Shown here: one piece after another, positions 63,632 to 64,000 of the stretch
How positions within the stretch are numbered: the stretch's first letter is position 1
Layout of the letters: each line of letters opens with the position of its first letter
NCBI RefSeq assembly: GCF_006345805.1
Contig: NC_042999.1
Location: 4,836,001 to 4,900,000 of the forward strand
DNA length: 64,000 nucleotides
Direction: 5' to 3'
DNA from: Octopus sinensis
Taxonomy: Eukaryota
The notes under the pieces: generated by a model
The model's input: only the letters and a program-made list of their open reading frames with translations
Databases searched by the model: none
What the model was told of the DNA's origin: nothing
Translations under genes and position numbers: made by a program

Positions 63632-64000
63632 ATCTCATGGCAATATAGTGACATTACTCTGCTATGTTACTGCTAGAATTTGAAATCCTTTAGTATTTGT
63701 GAAACATTCATCATTTTAATGAACAGTCATAGAAAGGGAACCACTGTAAGATATTTAGTAACTTTAATTACTTACATCAATAACGTTGATTGATCTGTTG
63801 AGTGAAGTCTCGACTGGATTGCAGTTTGTGGATGTTAGAGAAGTAAAAGGGGAATTGATCAACAGATATAGGTTTAGTTTAGGGATCTCAACACGTCTAT
63901 AGGGTGTCAGGAACCTCGCATGAATACTTGAAAAGAGTGAACTCCAACAAAGGTACCCATGGGGCAGAAGATAATAGTATTAAACTGAGGTACCCATGGG

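Overview
AT-rich, repeat-saturated eukaryotic DNA, most likely from an octopus (inferred from the tRNA-derived SINE families, Helitrons and long microsatellites). No intact protein-coding gene is recognisable, and nearly all ORFs in the track are microsatellite or repeat artefacts. The window holds many copies of three SINE-like families, non-autonomous Helitrons, several MITE families with clear TSDs, decayed MULE, Chapaev-like, mariner, RTE and L1/Tx1 coding remnants, a tRNA-Ala pseudogene, minisatellites and a few candidate minus-strand exons. The main signal is four fold-back (palindromic) insertions of unrelated sequence (8.8, 16.6, 25.5, 41.4 kb). Each carries a minimal type-I hammerhead-ribozyme motif on both arms, just past the turn-around point, and solo motifs occur at 7.9, 12.9, 15.0, 50.9 and 54.9 kb. 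Together they show C3-G8, G3-C8, U3-A8 and U3-G8 forms of the core pair, consistent with Penelope-like element pLTRs. A second signal is two local parent-daughter pairs (one SINE, one Helitron) where the daughter carries the parent's 3' flank plus a second copy of the element's 3' end. All alignments and folds were done by eye, so coordinates of degenerate repeats are approximate.
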